Shown: piece after piece, positions 44,638-53,626 of the stretch
Layout of the letters: each line of letters begins with the position of its first letter
How positions within the stretch are numbered: the stretch's first letter is position 1
DNA from: Candidatus Staskawiczbacteria bacterium
GTDB taxonomy: Bacteria > Patescibacteriota > Minisyncoccia > Minisyncoccales > Staskawiczbacteraceae
Direction of reading: 5' to 3'
NCBI GenBank assembly: GCA_041659225.1
Contig: JBAZYR010000002.1
Location: 8,439 to 72,438 of the forward strand
DNA length: 64,000 nt
Notes under the pieces: generated by a model
Told to the model about the DNA's origin: nothing
What the model saw: only the letters and a program-made list of their open reading frames with translations
The model's database searches: none
Made by a program: the position numbers and the translations under genes

Positions 44638-46122
44638 ATGATCCGACGATATGAGGATAAAGACATTGCAGAAAAGTGGTCTAATGAAAGTAAACTTCGG
44701 CATTGGCAAGAAACAGAATTAGCTGTTATTCAAGCCCGGGCGAATCTGTCACATATTGACGCTGGCATTCCTGCCGCGATAAGAAAACTGCTTGAAGAAA
44801 ATCCGATTGATCTTGAATGGTGGCTTGCGCGGGATAAAGAGATCAATCACGATCTCAACGCTTTTATCGACGAGCGCCTTAGGTTTTTACCTGTTGATTT
44901 GCAGCAGTATTTTCATTCTGGGCTTACTTCCTACGATACAGAAGAGCCCGCATTCGCTTTAATGCTTTCCGATTCAATTTCTGTTTTTGGCGAGCATCTG
45001 TGCCTACTTGTCCAAACGCTTGAGGAAATGGCCAAACGTTACCGCTATACCATAATGAATGGCAGGACGCACGGGCAGGAGGCTGAGCTCCAATCATTCG
45101 GAAAGCGTTGTCTTACCTGGTTGGTTGCCTTGCAAGAGGGAATCAAGGGCTTAAGGAGTTCTGCAGAAAATCTTAATTATTCAAAACTTTCCGGTGCTAT
45201 CGGTAACTACCGCGGTCTGGAGGGGGAAGTGGAGAAAGAAGCTTTACGCATCCTTGGACTAACACCGTTCTATGGGGCGACACAGATTATGCCTCGAGAG
45301 CTTTATTCTTCAGTTGCTCATGCGATCTGCCAGATTGTTCTGACATTGGATAAAATCGCTATTGATATAAGGCTCGGCGCCCGTAGCGGCAGGCCGATTT
45401 ATCAGGAGCCATTCGGAAGGAAGCAAAAAGGTTCCTCGGCGATGCCTCACAAGAAAAATACTATTGCCAGCGAGCAGCTGGAAGGGATGGCTCGCATGGC
45501 AAAAGGATATCTGCGCATGATTATCGATAATATATCAACATGGGAAGAAAGGGCAATCGAGCAATCGTCAGTCGAGAGAGTCGCCTGGCCCGATCTTTTA
45601 CACGTTGCAGTTCATGCCATCAAAACAATGACGAAAGTCTTGCAGGGACTGGTTGTTTATCCGGACCACATGCTTGCAGAAATAGTTGACTCTTGCGGAT
45701 GTTACGCGGCCGGGGAGGCAAAGGAATTCCTGCGGCAACACGGAGCTGAATATGGGCTTTCCGCAGAAGATGCTTATAGGATTATCCAACTGGCGGCCTT
45801 CAACGCTTTTGCGGCCGATGAGCATACAAAGACTCTGAGGCGTAATTTGCCGGAATCTTTTGAGGAAGCGGATAGCTTTCTTCTGGCTTTTCGGCGCAGA
45901 CCTGTTATTAAACCTATTTCTATTCATGAGACTATTCTCCTCGGTAAACTCGCGGTTTCCGAACAATTGGAGGCAACCTTGGAGATTGTGGATGCATGGA
46001 ATAGTTTATTGAAAAGAATTTTTTCCGACCCGAATGTTTGCGAAGAGTGGAACTTGATATTCACACCCTCGTATCTGTTATTGGGCGAAGACACGCTCTT
46101 CAAAGAGATCCTAGGCGTGTAG
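44638..46122 (+). CDS. purB: Adenylosuccinate lyase
   Basis: Starts MIRRYEDKDIAEKWS. Fumarate-lyase signature GSSAMPHKKN. AAAGGAGG lies 6 nt upstream. Confidence 0.85.
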   Translation: MIRRYEDKDIAEKWSNESKLRHWQETELAVIQARANLSHIDAGIPAAIRKLLEENPIDLEWWLARDKEINHDLNAFIDERLRFLPVDLQQYFHSGLTSYDTEEPAFALMLSDSISVFGEHLCLLVQTLEEMAKRYRYTIMNGRTHGQEAELQSFGKRCLTWLVALQEGIKGLRSSAENLNYSKLSGAIGNYRGLEGEVEKEALRILGLTPFYGATQIMPRELYSSVAHAICQIVLTLDKIAIDIRLGARSGRPIYQEPFGRKQKGSSAMPHKKNTIASEQLEGMARMAKGYLRMIIDNISTWEERAIEQSSVERVAWPDLLHVAVHAIKTMTKVLQGLVVYPDHMLAEIVDSCGCYAAGEAKEFLRQHGAEYGLSAEDAYRIIQLAAFNAFAADEHTKTLRRNLPESFEEADSFLLAFRRRPVIKPISIHETILLGKLAVSEQLEATLEIVDAWNSLLKRIFSDPNVCEEWNLIFTPSYLLLGEDTLFKEILGV

Positions 46123-46307
46123 CGTCTATTCACTTGATCGTATTCCGGCCTGTCGTTTCTAACGCGATAGGCTCTTTTTTTATATAATGGTCTACTTAAT
46201 AAGAATACATTTTTTGTGCACATTTGATTTTGACAAAAATAGTCAGTTGCTCTAGGGTGATGTTACAGTGTCCTTTGACAACCAACAACCAAAGAAAGAG
46301 AGGTCTC

Positions 46308-49300
46308 ATGATAACCAGACTGGTCAGAAATGTAGGTTTTTTTGAGGTTTGTTTCTATATCGAATCTGTCTCTGAAATGACCGTTGAGGAACTTGCAAGG
46401 CTTAGATGGCTGATTACTGAAACATTTGAGCCTCTTTTGGTCCACGATTTTCCAGCATCCGGTGATAACTCGTTCGTGGAGATTGGTCCGCGTCTTAGCG
46501 TGGAAACTCCGTTTTCAACTAACGCGGTAGCAATTTGCCATGCAATGGGCTTGGGCAAGGTAAAGCGAGTTGAAGCATCGCGGTTGTACCGGCTGGCCGG
46601 AACTACGCGAGAAAAAATCCTCGCAACACATCTGGATGTAATGACCCAAGCCGTTTATAACCCCGGCGGGTTTGGCAGTTTTGAACTTTGTATAAAGCCC
46701 GAGGAAGTGCAAAGCATCCCGGTGCTTCAGGACGGCGAAGAGGCGATCCGCCAGGCGAGTAAACGACTCGGCCTCGGCATGGATGCATGGGATGTAAGAT
46801 ACTATACGGAACTCTTCCGCAGTTACGGGAGGGATCCCACCGATGTGGAGCTGTTTCAAATTGGCAACGCCAATAGCGAACATTCCCGGCATTGGTACTT
46901 TCGGGGAAAAATGATTATTGACGGGGAAGAAATGCCCGAATGTCTGCTCGATATGGTTCGATCGCCCCTTCAAGCTATTTGCTGGCCGAATGTCAGTGTT
47001 TTAGCTTTCAACGATAATGTCGGCGCGTTGCGTGGCTTTAACGTGCAGGTTCTTGTGCCGGCTGAACCGGGCAACCCGTCGTCGTTCAAGATAATGTATA
47101 GGGTTTTACATCCTGCCGCAACCGCTGAAACGCATAATCATCCGACTCTGATCGCTCCAAATCCCGGTGCAGCGACCGGGGCAGGAGGTCGTATTCGGGA
47201 TAATTGCGCCGGCGGGCGCGGATCCTCAACCGGACTTGGGATATCAGGATATTGCGTTGGCAATCTGTTCATCGTCGGCTACAGAATCAGCGGCGAAGTT
47301 GTAGGCGGTGAAGTCTGCGATACGCACGCGACTCCGCTTCGCATTCTCATTGAGGGAAGCAACGGAATTTCTAAGTATGCAAATGAATACGGTGAACCGC
47401 TAGGTTGCGGTTTTGCCAGAACTTTTTGTCAGCTTGTCAGCGATGAGCGGCGTGAGTTCCGCAAGCCCGTGTTGTATAGCGGAGGCATCGGCCATATTGA
47501 TAGCGCACATACGAAAAAGCAGAGCCCGGAAAAAGGAATGCTTATCGTAGCCATCGGTGGTCCGGCCTACGCCATTGGCGAAGGCGGGGGAGCTGCATCA
47601 AGCATGCTGCAAGGTCATAATGATGCCGGTCTTGATTTCAGGTCAGTCCAACGAGGCGATGCTGAAATGGGTAATAAAGCCGTTCGTGCCATTCAAGCGT
47701 GCATAGATATGGGAGATGATAATCCCATTGAAAGCATTCACGACCAAGGCGCCGGCGGTCCCAGTAATGTTTTGACCGAGTTGATGGAAACAGTCGGTGG
47801 GAAGGTGGACATCCGTCGAATTATCCTTGGAGACAAGACGATGTCTGTTCTTTCCATTTGGAGCGCGGAGTATCAGGAACGGTATGGCTTGCTGATCAGG
47901 CCAGATAAAGCCGGCCTACTGCAGCGCATTTGCAGCCGTGAAAGAGTGAACTGCGAGATTCTGGGAGAAATTACCGGCGACGGAAATGTAACTGTGGTTG
48001 ACTCTGCCGACAACACAACGCCGGTCTGTCTTCCGCTCCAGGATATATTAGGGAAGCTTCCGCAAAAGACTTTTGAATCAAGACATATCCCGAAGAGTTT
48101 TGACCCGCCGGATCTGCGCAATCTTACGCTCACAAGAGCTTTAGAGATTGTTTTTCAGCAGTTGTCGGTTGGCTCCAAGGGTTTTCTCGTGCATAAAATC
48201 GACCGAAGCGTCGGAGGCCGTCTTGCGCAGCAGCCATGCTGCGGCTCGTCCCAGGTTCCGATAGCTGACGTCGCGGTTCTTGCTGACAGCTTTTTCGGTT
48301 TTACCGGAGAAGCCTCCGCCGTCGGTGAACAACCGTTGAAGATGTTGATCGATCCAAAGGCAGGCGCCCGAATGGCGGTTGGCGAGATGCTTACCAATAT
48401 GATGGCAGCCGGAGGAATCGACCTTTCTGCTGTTCGTTGTCGGGCTAATTGGATGTGGCCGGCGAAACTAGCGGGCGAAGGCGCACTCCTGTACGATGCC
48501 GTTGCGGCAATGAGAGACGCGATGATTGCGCTGGGTATTGCACCTGACGGCGGGAAAGACAGCTTGTCTATGGCAGCAACAGTTGAAGGAAAGTTAGTGA
48601 AGTCGCCAGGCGAGTTGGTCGTTCTTGGATACGCGTCAATGCCCGATATCCGAAGAGTTTTAACGCCGGACATCAAGGCTCCTGGCGAAAGCTATCTTGG
48701 TTTGATTGATATTGGAATGGGGAAGAACCGTCTAGGCGGTTCCGCCTTACTTCAAGCCCTCGATCAAATTGGAGACGAATCGCCAGACTTTGACCCGGAG
48801 TTGCTTCGGGCAACATGGGAGGCTGTGCAGATTCTCCATAGTTGCGGAGCTATACTTTCCCTTCACGATCGAAGCGATGGGGGATTAGCTGCGACAATTA
48901 TTGAGATGTGTTTCGGCGGAAGTTGCGGGGTATCAATTAATGGGGATCCGAGCCTCGCTTCATTATTTGCAGAAGAACTCGGTATTGTTATTGAGTATTC
49001 CCCTAAAGACGAAGAGTTAATAAACAGAGTGCTTAGAAGAAAAGGCGCTCCCTTGTTGACGAGACTCGGAAAAACAGTAGCGAGCGACTCTCCGCATGTG
49101 TTCGGTTATAGTCTGCCGGTTCTCCGGCAATGTTGGGAATCGACCAGCCATCAACTGGAAAGGCTCCAAACCGGAAACGGAGTGGCTGATGAAGAATTCG
49201 CGAGCCATCAGGTTGTACACAAGCCGGTGTACAAGCTCAGCTTCAAGCCTAGCCCGTCAGCTGGGAAATCCGACGAGTTCCGGCCAAGAGTCGCAGTGGT

Positions 49301-50078
49301 GCGCGAAGAGGGAACTAACGGCGATCGGGAAATGGCCGCTGCATTTTTCACCGCAGGTTTGGATCCAGTGGACATCACAATGAGTGACCTCCTCGCGGGT
49401 CGAATCACTCTGGACGATTTCCAGGGTCTTATTGCCCCAGGCGGATTCTCATTCATGGATGTTTTCGACAGTGCAAAAGGATGGGCGGCATCAATTAAGT
49501 TCAATCCGAAACTCAAGGGCATGTTCGACCGGTTCTATGAGCGAAAAAATACATTTACCCTCGGGGTTTGCAACGGGTGTCAGCTTTTCGCGCTTTTGGG
49601 TTGGGTGCCATGGAAGGGCTTGCAAGAGTCAGCCCAGCCGCGGTTTATTCGCAATCGTTCTGAACGTTTTGAGTCAAGATGGAGCCAAGTGAAGATTCAA
49701 CCCAGTCCGTCAGTTTTACTGGCCGGCATGGCAGGGTCAACGCTTGGAATTCATGTTGCTCACGGCGAAGGGCGATTAACATTTCCTGATTCACAGGTGC
49801 TGGACACGGTGCGCGAGAAAAGTTTGGCACCGCTGGTCTATGTTGATTCGAATGACGAGCCGACCGAAGCATACCCGTTCAACCCGAACGGATCTGTCGC
49901 GGGAATCGCGGCTCTCTGCTCGCCCGACGGCCGTCATTTGGCAATGATGCCTCATCCGGAACGGGCCTTTCTTTCTTGGCAGTGCCACTATTGGCCTCCG
50001 GAATGGTCGGAAGTCCAGGGTTCTCCCTGGTTGCGACTTTTCCAGAACGCCCGTGAGTGGTGCTCGCAAAATAAATAG
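46308..50078 (+). CDS. purL: Phosphoribosylformylglycinamidine synthase, single-chain large type (synthetase + glutaminase)
   Basis: About 1256 aa from ATG 46308. Contains NSEHSRHWYF and ETHNHPT. C-terminal triad-type glutaminase with GVCNGCQ and HGEG. Confidence 0.9.
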   Translation: MITRLVRNVGFFEVCFYIESVSEMTVEELARLRWLITETFEPLLVHDFPASGDNSFVEIGPRLSVETPFSTNAVAICHAMGLGKVKRVEASRLYRLAGTTREKILATHLDVMTQAVYNPGGFGSFELCIKPEEVQSIPVLQDGEEAIRQASKRLGLGMDAWDVRYYTELFRSYGRDPTDVELFQIGNANSEHSRHWYFRGKMIIDGEEMPECLLDMVRSPLQAICWPNVSVLAFNDNVGALRGFNVQVLVPAEPGNPSSFKIMYRVLHPAATAETHNHPTLIAPNPGAATGAGGRIRDNCAGGRGSSTGLGISGYCVGNLFIVGYRISGEVVGGEVCDTHATPLRILIEGSNGISKYANEYGEPLGCGFARTFCQLVSDERREFRKPVLYSGGIGHIDSAHTKKQSPEKGMLIVAIGGPAYAIGEGGGAASSMLQGHNDAGLDFRSVQRGDAEMGNKAVRAIQACIDMGDDNPIESIHDQGAGGPSNVLTELMETVGGKVDIRRIILGDKTMSVLSIWSAEYQERYGLLIRPDKAGLLQRICSRERVNCEILGEITGDGNVTVVDSADNTTPVCLPLQDILGKLPQKTFESRHIPKSFDPPDLRNLTLTRALEIVFQQLSVGSKGFLVHKIDRSVGGRLAQQPCCGSSQVPIADVAVLADSFFGFTGEASAVGEQPLKMLIDPKAGARMAVGEMLTNMMAAGGIDLSAVRCRANWMWPAKLAGEGALLYDAVAAMRDAMIALGIAPDGGKDSLSMAATVEGKLVKSPGELVVLGYASMPDIRRVLTPDIKAPGESYLGLIDIGMGKNRLGGSALLQALDQIGDESPDFDPELLRATWEAVQILHSCGAILSLHDRSDGGLAATIIEMCFGGSCGVSINGDPSLASLFAEELGIVIEYSPKDEELINRVLRRKGAPLLTRLGKTVASDSPHVFGYSLPVLRQCWESTSHQLERLQTGNGVADEEFASHQVVHKPVYKLSFKPSPSAGKSDEFRPRVAVVREEGTNGDREMAAAFFTAGLDPVDITMSDLLAGRITLDDFQGLIAPGGFSFMDVFDSAKGWAASIKFNPKLKGMFDRFYERKNTFTLGVCNGCQLFALLGWVPWKGLQESAQPRFIRNRSERFESRWSQVKIQPSPSVLLAGMAGSTLGIHVAHGEGRLTFPDSQVLDTVREKSLAPLVYVDSNDEPTEAYPFNPNGSVAGIAALCSPDGRHLAMMPHPERAFLSWQCHYWPPEWSEVQGSPWLRLFQNAREWCSQNK

Positions 50079-50104
50079 ACGAAGTATATTCAAAAACCAT
50101 AATG

Positions 50105-50140
50105 CCCCCGTGCTAACTCAGCCGGGGGTTCTTCTTTTTA
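50105..50140 (+). terminator. Rho-independent terminator after purL
   Basis: CCCCCG-TGCTAACTCAGC-CGGGGG followed by TTCTTCTTTTT. Confidence 0.75.
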
Positions 50141-50146
50141 ATTGAT

Positions 50147-50174
50147 TTGACATATATACAAGATATGTTAATAT
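50147..50174 (+). promoter_or_regulatory. Sigma-70-type promoter
   Basis: TTGACA, 16-nt spacer, TAATAT. Leaves a leader of about 105 nt before ATG 50286. Confidence 0.55.
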
Positions 50175-50285
50175 CTATCCAGATCGTTCCACTACAAACC
50201 TGTCTCTGCCTGAGACCTTAGCCGGTAGTTCGGATGCTCCGAGCAGGTTAAGGGAGGGGGCCGAGCACAGTACAAGAGATCGGAG

Positions 50286-50990
50286 ATGCCAAGTAAATCA
50301 GCGATGATCAGCGGCATGGGACTAGGGATGTCGATTCTCGACAATCTGGTCTGGGCCGTTGAGAAGTGTCGGGGACAAGAGCGCGACGTTCATCGCCTCG
50401 CAGACCGGCAAAGCAGGAGCGGCTTACGTTTTCTGCTTGCGGTTGCTACGCGACTCGCTGACGAGGGCGGTGAGGCGCGAGGCGACATCCGGCGTACGGG
50501 GATGCATCTAAATCGTATGCATTCCGATTGGCTGGATGATTGCAACTTCACGGAGATTGACCCTCGGGTGAAGTTTTTCTCTGGGTCAATGATCACGGAG
50601 GACGATGTTCCTGTCACTATCCTGCATGGTGATGGCCGGTGTTTCTCCGGCCGTGACCAGATAGTGCATCACCTCGCCGAGGCCTGCTACCGGCCTGCGA
50701 CCTTCGTGGAACTGCTCGCTCTGTGTGCGTCGGACCAACTCAATATGGGCCTGACGTTCTCATTCGAGCCCGGCAGCGCGGATGAAGGGCACGGACTGTT
50801 GGTGCCCTACATTGAGGAAAATGCCCAGGGTCGATTCTTGAGGGTGGTAGGGTCCGAGCAGATCATGGACGTGATGATCGAGTATCAATCTTTGCGTATG
50901 CCTGACCCCACCTTCCGGACCTGGATCGCGGTTGTCCGCGACGTAGACGCCGCCATGGCCCTGGAGGAGGATCCCTCCCTCCGAGAGTAG
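50286..50990 (+). CDS. Hypothetical protein (G+C-rich island)
   Basis: 234 aa. GGAG lies immediately upstream. No recognisable motif. Followed by hairpins at 51005-51046. Confidence 0.5.
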   Translation: MPSKSAMISGMGLGMSILDNLVWAVEKCRGQERDVHRLADRQSRSGLRFLLAVATRLADEGGEARGDIRRTGMHLNRMHSDWLDDCNFTEIDPRVKFFSGSMITEDDVPVTILHGDGRCFSGRDQIVHHLAEACYRPATFVELLALCASDQLNMGLTFSFEPGSADEGHGLLVPYIEENAQGRFLRVVGSEQIMDVMIEYQSLRMPDPTFRTWIAVVRDVDAAMALEEDPSLRE

Positions 50991-51059
50991 TAGGTTCTCC
51001 TAACCGGAGAGCAACAAAGTCCCGTACGCGTGTATGGGACTTTTCATTTGTCCGATTCG

Positions 51060-51087
51060 TTGACAAAAGTGTAAAAGTATATATAAT
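51060..51087 (+). promoter_or_regulatory. Sigma-70-type promoter
   Basis: TTGACA, 16-nt spacer, TATAAT. Confidence 0.6.
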
Positions 51088-51217
51088 AATAAGGACAACA
51101 AGTCCTTTTACAAGACAATAGTTTGTTGCTTGATCAGATCTCGACGTTTACTTTCACCGACACATTGTGCCGGGTAAGCGACGGGATATGTGAATCTATC
51201 GTGAAAGGGATTTCGTT

Positions 51218-52306
51218 ATGACTCAGCCACTGTGGATTGACTCGGTGCCCGCATGGGCATTGGGTCCCCGCTCAAGAAACGCGAAGTTCGGAGGAAACAT
51301 CATTCTCGCCGGCATTCCTTCGGTATCGGATCGGCTTTTGGCTGTTCGGCATTTGAGCGACCGGCTCGGCCTGCCCGGGGATCGGGCGTTGCGGAGTTCT
51401 GGTCACATTCTGCTTGAGGTCGAAACCAGTATTCGACGGCTCCGGCAGTACAACGACCCGGGCGCCATCAAGTTCAAGGATCTGAAGGCCGGTATCCGGA
51501 GCGGTAAGTATCCGCGCTGGGTTGCCATGACCGCGCCCCAGTTCGGCTTCAAGGGAGCTGAGCGCGGCGGAATGATTTCCAAGAGCGCTGCGGATCGCTT
51601 GATGGCCCGCGACCTCCATATCGAGGCCATCACCCGTTCTCAGGATCTGGAAAGAGACGGCCTCGGCGCCGGAGTCAACATCTGGTGGCCGGCTTGGACC
51701 AGCCGCAAGGTGGATGACCCCAGTGATCCTCCGATGGATTTCCAGCGGGCATGGGATATGTTGCTGGAATTCTGGGTGTATGTGCTGAAGGCCACCGGCG
51801 GCGTGATGTGGTTGGAGTGGAAACCCGGAGATCCGGGTTTCGACTACCTCATGACGCCGTGGCTGGCCAACAAATTCTGCAAAGCCGTCAATGACGCGCT
51901 CGGCAGGATGGCCATGTATATCAACAACGAGTTCGCTCACATCCTGCTCGCGGGCATCAGCGTCACCGAGGGCGTGCAGATGACCGTGGACGCCGGCCTC
52001 TTCTTCAAGTTCCTGCATGCGAATGCTGGCATGAAGCTGCCGGTCAGCATCCAGAGTCTTCTCGACGCCGGCGTGAAACCCGAGAACATCCCGATCCTTC
52101 TGGACGCAGACTGGCCACTCGGCGTGGGCTCGCAGGCAGCGTGGAACGACCAGCGGGATGCCATCGGCGTGATGGACAGGACCGGCCAGCCAACGATTTT
52201 CTGCGAACACGACGTCAACCCCTCCGGTCTCGAACCGCTCGCAGTGTTCGAGTTGAGCATCCGCAACCGGCAGAAGATGCTCCAAGAGGCGCGTGCCGCG
52301 GCGTAG
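51218..52306 (+). CDS. Xylose-isomerase-like TIM-barrel family protein (function unknown)
   Basis: 362 aa. LEWKPGDP, NNEFAHILLAG and FLHANAG resemble the xylose-isomerase-type motifs (IEPKPxEP, E-x-x-H, H-x-D/N). Promoter and terminator flank the plus strand. Confidence 0.55.
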   Translation: MTQPLWIDSVPAWALGPRSRNAKFGGNIILAGIPSVSDRLLAVRHLSDRLGLPGDRALRSSGHILLEVETSIRRLRQYNDPGAIKFKDLKAGIRSGKYPRWVAMTAPQFGFKGAERGGMISKSAADRLMARDLHIEAITRSQDLERDGLGAGVNIWWPAWTSRKVDDPSDPPMDFQRAWDMLLEFWVYVLKATGGVMWLEWKPGDPGFDYLMTPWLANKFCKAVNDALGRMAMYINNEFAHILLAGISVTEGVQMTVDAGLFFKFLHANAGMKLPVSIQSLLDAGVKPENIPILLDADWPLGVGSQAAWNDQRDAIGVMDRTGQPTIFCEHDVNPSGLEPLAVFELSIRNRQKMLQEARAAA

Positions 52307-52358
52307 TTCCGGACCGACTTCGGAACAAGCCAATAGGTTCTCATTCAGACAGAACATT

Positions 52359-52393
52359 GCCCCGTGCTAACTACAGACGGGGCTCTTTTTTTA
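52359..52393 (+). terminator. Rho-independent terminator; near-duplicate of the purL terminator
   Basis: GCCCCG-TGCTAACTACAGA-CGGGGC followed by TCTTTTTTT. Confidence 0.75.
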
Positions 52394-52444
52394 CAATTAA
52401 TATTTTTTGAATTTGATTTTTTAAAACAAAAAGTGCACAATTGA

Positions 52445-53602
52445 ATGATGAAAAAAAATATATCTCTTGCAAAAAAATCATTGGACTACCATAGAAAACT
52501 AAACGGCAAGATTGGTGTTTTTGCCAAAGCGCCGTTAAAATCTATTGAGGATTTAAAACTTTGCTATACTCCCGGAGTTGGTGCAGTCAGCACATATTTA
52601 GCCGGACATAAAAACCAGGTGAAGCAATATACAATTAAAAAAAATGCAGTTGCTGTCGTATCCGATGGCTCTGCTGTATTAGGATTAGGCAATATCGGCG
52701 CTGAAGGGGCTCTGCCGGTTATGGAGGGCAAGGCAATGATTTTTAAGGAGTTTGCCAATATTGATGCTTTCCCTATAGTCTTAGATACTCAAGACGTCGA
52801 GGAAATTATCACAACAATAAAATGTATTGCTCCGGTTTTCGGAGCAATAAACTTGGAGGATATTTCAGCTCCTCGATGTTTTGAAATTGAGCGGCGGCTG
52901 CAGAAGATGCTTAATATTTTTGTACTACACGACGACCAGCACGCAACTGCCGTGGTTGTGTTAGCCGGATTATTAAATGCTTTCGTAGTGGCAAAAAAAG
53001 ATCTTAAAAAAAGCTCTATTGTCGTGATAGGCGCGGGATCAGCCGGGACGGCCGTAACCAAACTTCTATATGCATATGGCGTAAGGAATATTGTTGTAGT
53101 TGATAAAGATGGGATTTTATCAAAGTGCCGCGGGAAATTATTGCCGCACCAAAAGGAGTTAGCTTTGATTAGCAATAAAAAATGCAAGGAAGGATCATTG
53201 AGGGACGCATTGGCAGGGGTTGACGCAGTTGTCGGACTTTCAGCGCCGAATATTATAAAGCCGGAGTTTATAAAAACAATGAATGCAAAGCCGATTGTTT
53301 TTGCCTTAGCCAATCCTATACCGGAAATAATGCCCGATATTGCTAGAAAAGCAGGAGCTTTCATTGTTGCAACTGGTAGATCAGATTTTGAAAACCAGGT
53401 TAATAACGCACTAGTTTTTCCCGGAATGTTCCGAGGCGCTTTGGATAATAATGTTAGAAAGATGACAGACAAAATACAGATTAATGTTGCTAAGAATCTC
53501 GCAGGAATTATCAAAAGGCCTCAGCGTAACAAAATTATACCTTCTATTTTCGACTCGCGAGTTGTGCAGACAATCGCTTTAAGTCTTAAAAAAACAAAGT
53601 AA
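52445..53602 (+). CDS. NAD(P)-dependent malic enzyme (short form)
   Basis: 385 aa. LCYTPGVG, VVSDGSAVLGLGNIGAEGALPVMEGKAMIFKEFANIDAFPI and VVIGAGSAG. Confidence 0.9.
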   Translation: MMKKNISLAKKSLDYHRKLNGKIGVFAKAPLKSIEDLKLCYTPGVGAVSTYLAGHKNQVKQYTIKKNAVAVVSDGSAVLGLGNIGAEGALPVMEGKAMIFKEFANIDAFPIVLDTQDVEEIITTIKCIAPVFGAINLEDISAPRCFEIERRLQKMLNIFVLHDDQHATAVVVLAGLLNAFVVAKKDLKKSSIVVIGAGSAGTAVTKLLYAYGVRNIVVVDKDGILSKCRGKLLPHQKELALISNKKCKEGSLRDALAGVDAVVGLSAPNIIKPEFIKTMNAKPIVFALANPIPEIMPDIARKAGAFIVATGRSDFENQVNNALVFPGMFRGALDNNVRKMTDKIQINVAKNLAGIIKRPQRNKIIPSIFDSRVVQTIALSLKKTK

Positions 53603-53626
53603 GGTACTTCCTCATTCTGTGGTAAA

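Noticed and set aside
42736-46307. Looked for known purine-related riboswitches (guanine/adenine, ZTP/pfl, PRPP) in the leaders of purC-purE, purB and purL.
   Set aside because: I could not find the conserved cores of those classes by eye. Only simple hairpins and the CCTTTGACAA motif are present. A covariance-model scan would be needed to be sure.
41135-49872. Many antisense or out-of-frame ORFs inside pyrF, pyrE, purC-purE, purB and purL (for example 41135-41692, 42144-42671, 43713-44240, 46515-46973 and 48155-48676).
   Set aside because: These are shadow ORFs of G+C-rich coding sequence. Each overlaps a gene with clear family motifs, and none has start signals.
51272-52357. A 361-aa minus-strand ORF almost exactly antisense to the 362-aa plus-strand ORF 51218-52306.
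   Set aside because: Long antisense ORFs are expected in about 65% G+C DNA. The plus strand has the promoter (TTGACA-16-TATAAT), an SD-like site, a downstream terminator and xylose-isomerase-like motifs. The minus-strand product is Arg/Pro/Gly-rich with no motifs or signals.
40866-52400. Searched the G+C-rich island and its borders for an integrase, transposase, inverted repeats or tRNA-derived direct repeats.
   Set aside because: None was found by eye, so it is not called a mobile element. It is reported only as a compositional island, and chimeric assembly remains an alternative that needs read-level checks.
52789-53514. A 241-aa minus-strand ORF.
   Set aside because: It is antisense to the malic-enzyme gene, which has strong family motifs.
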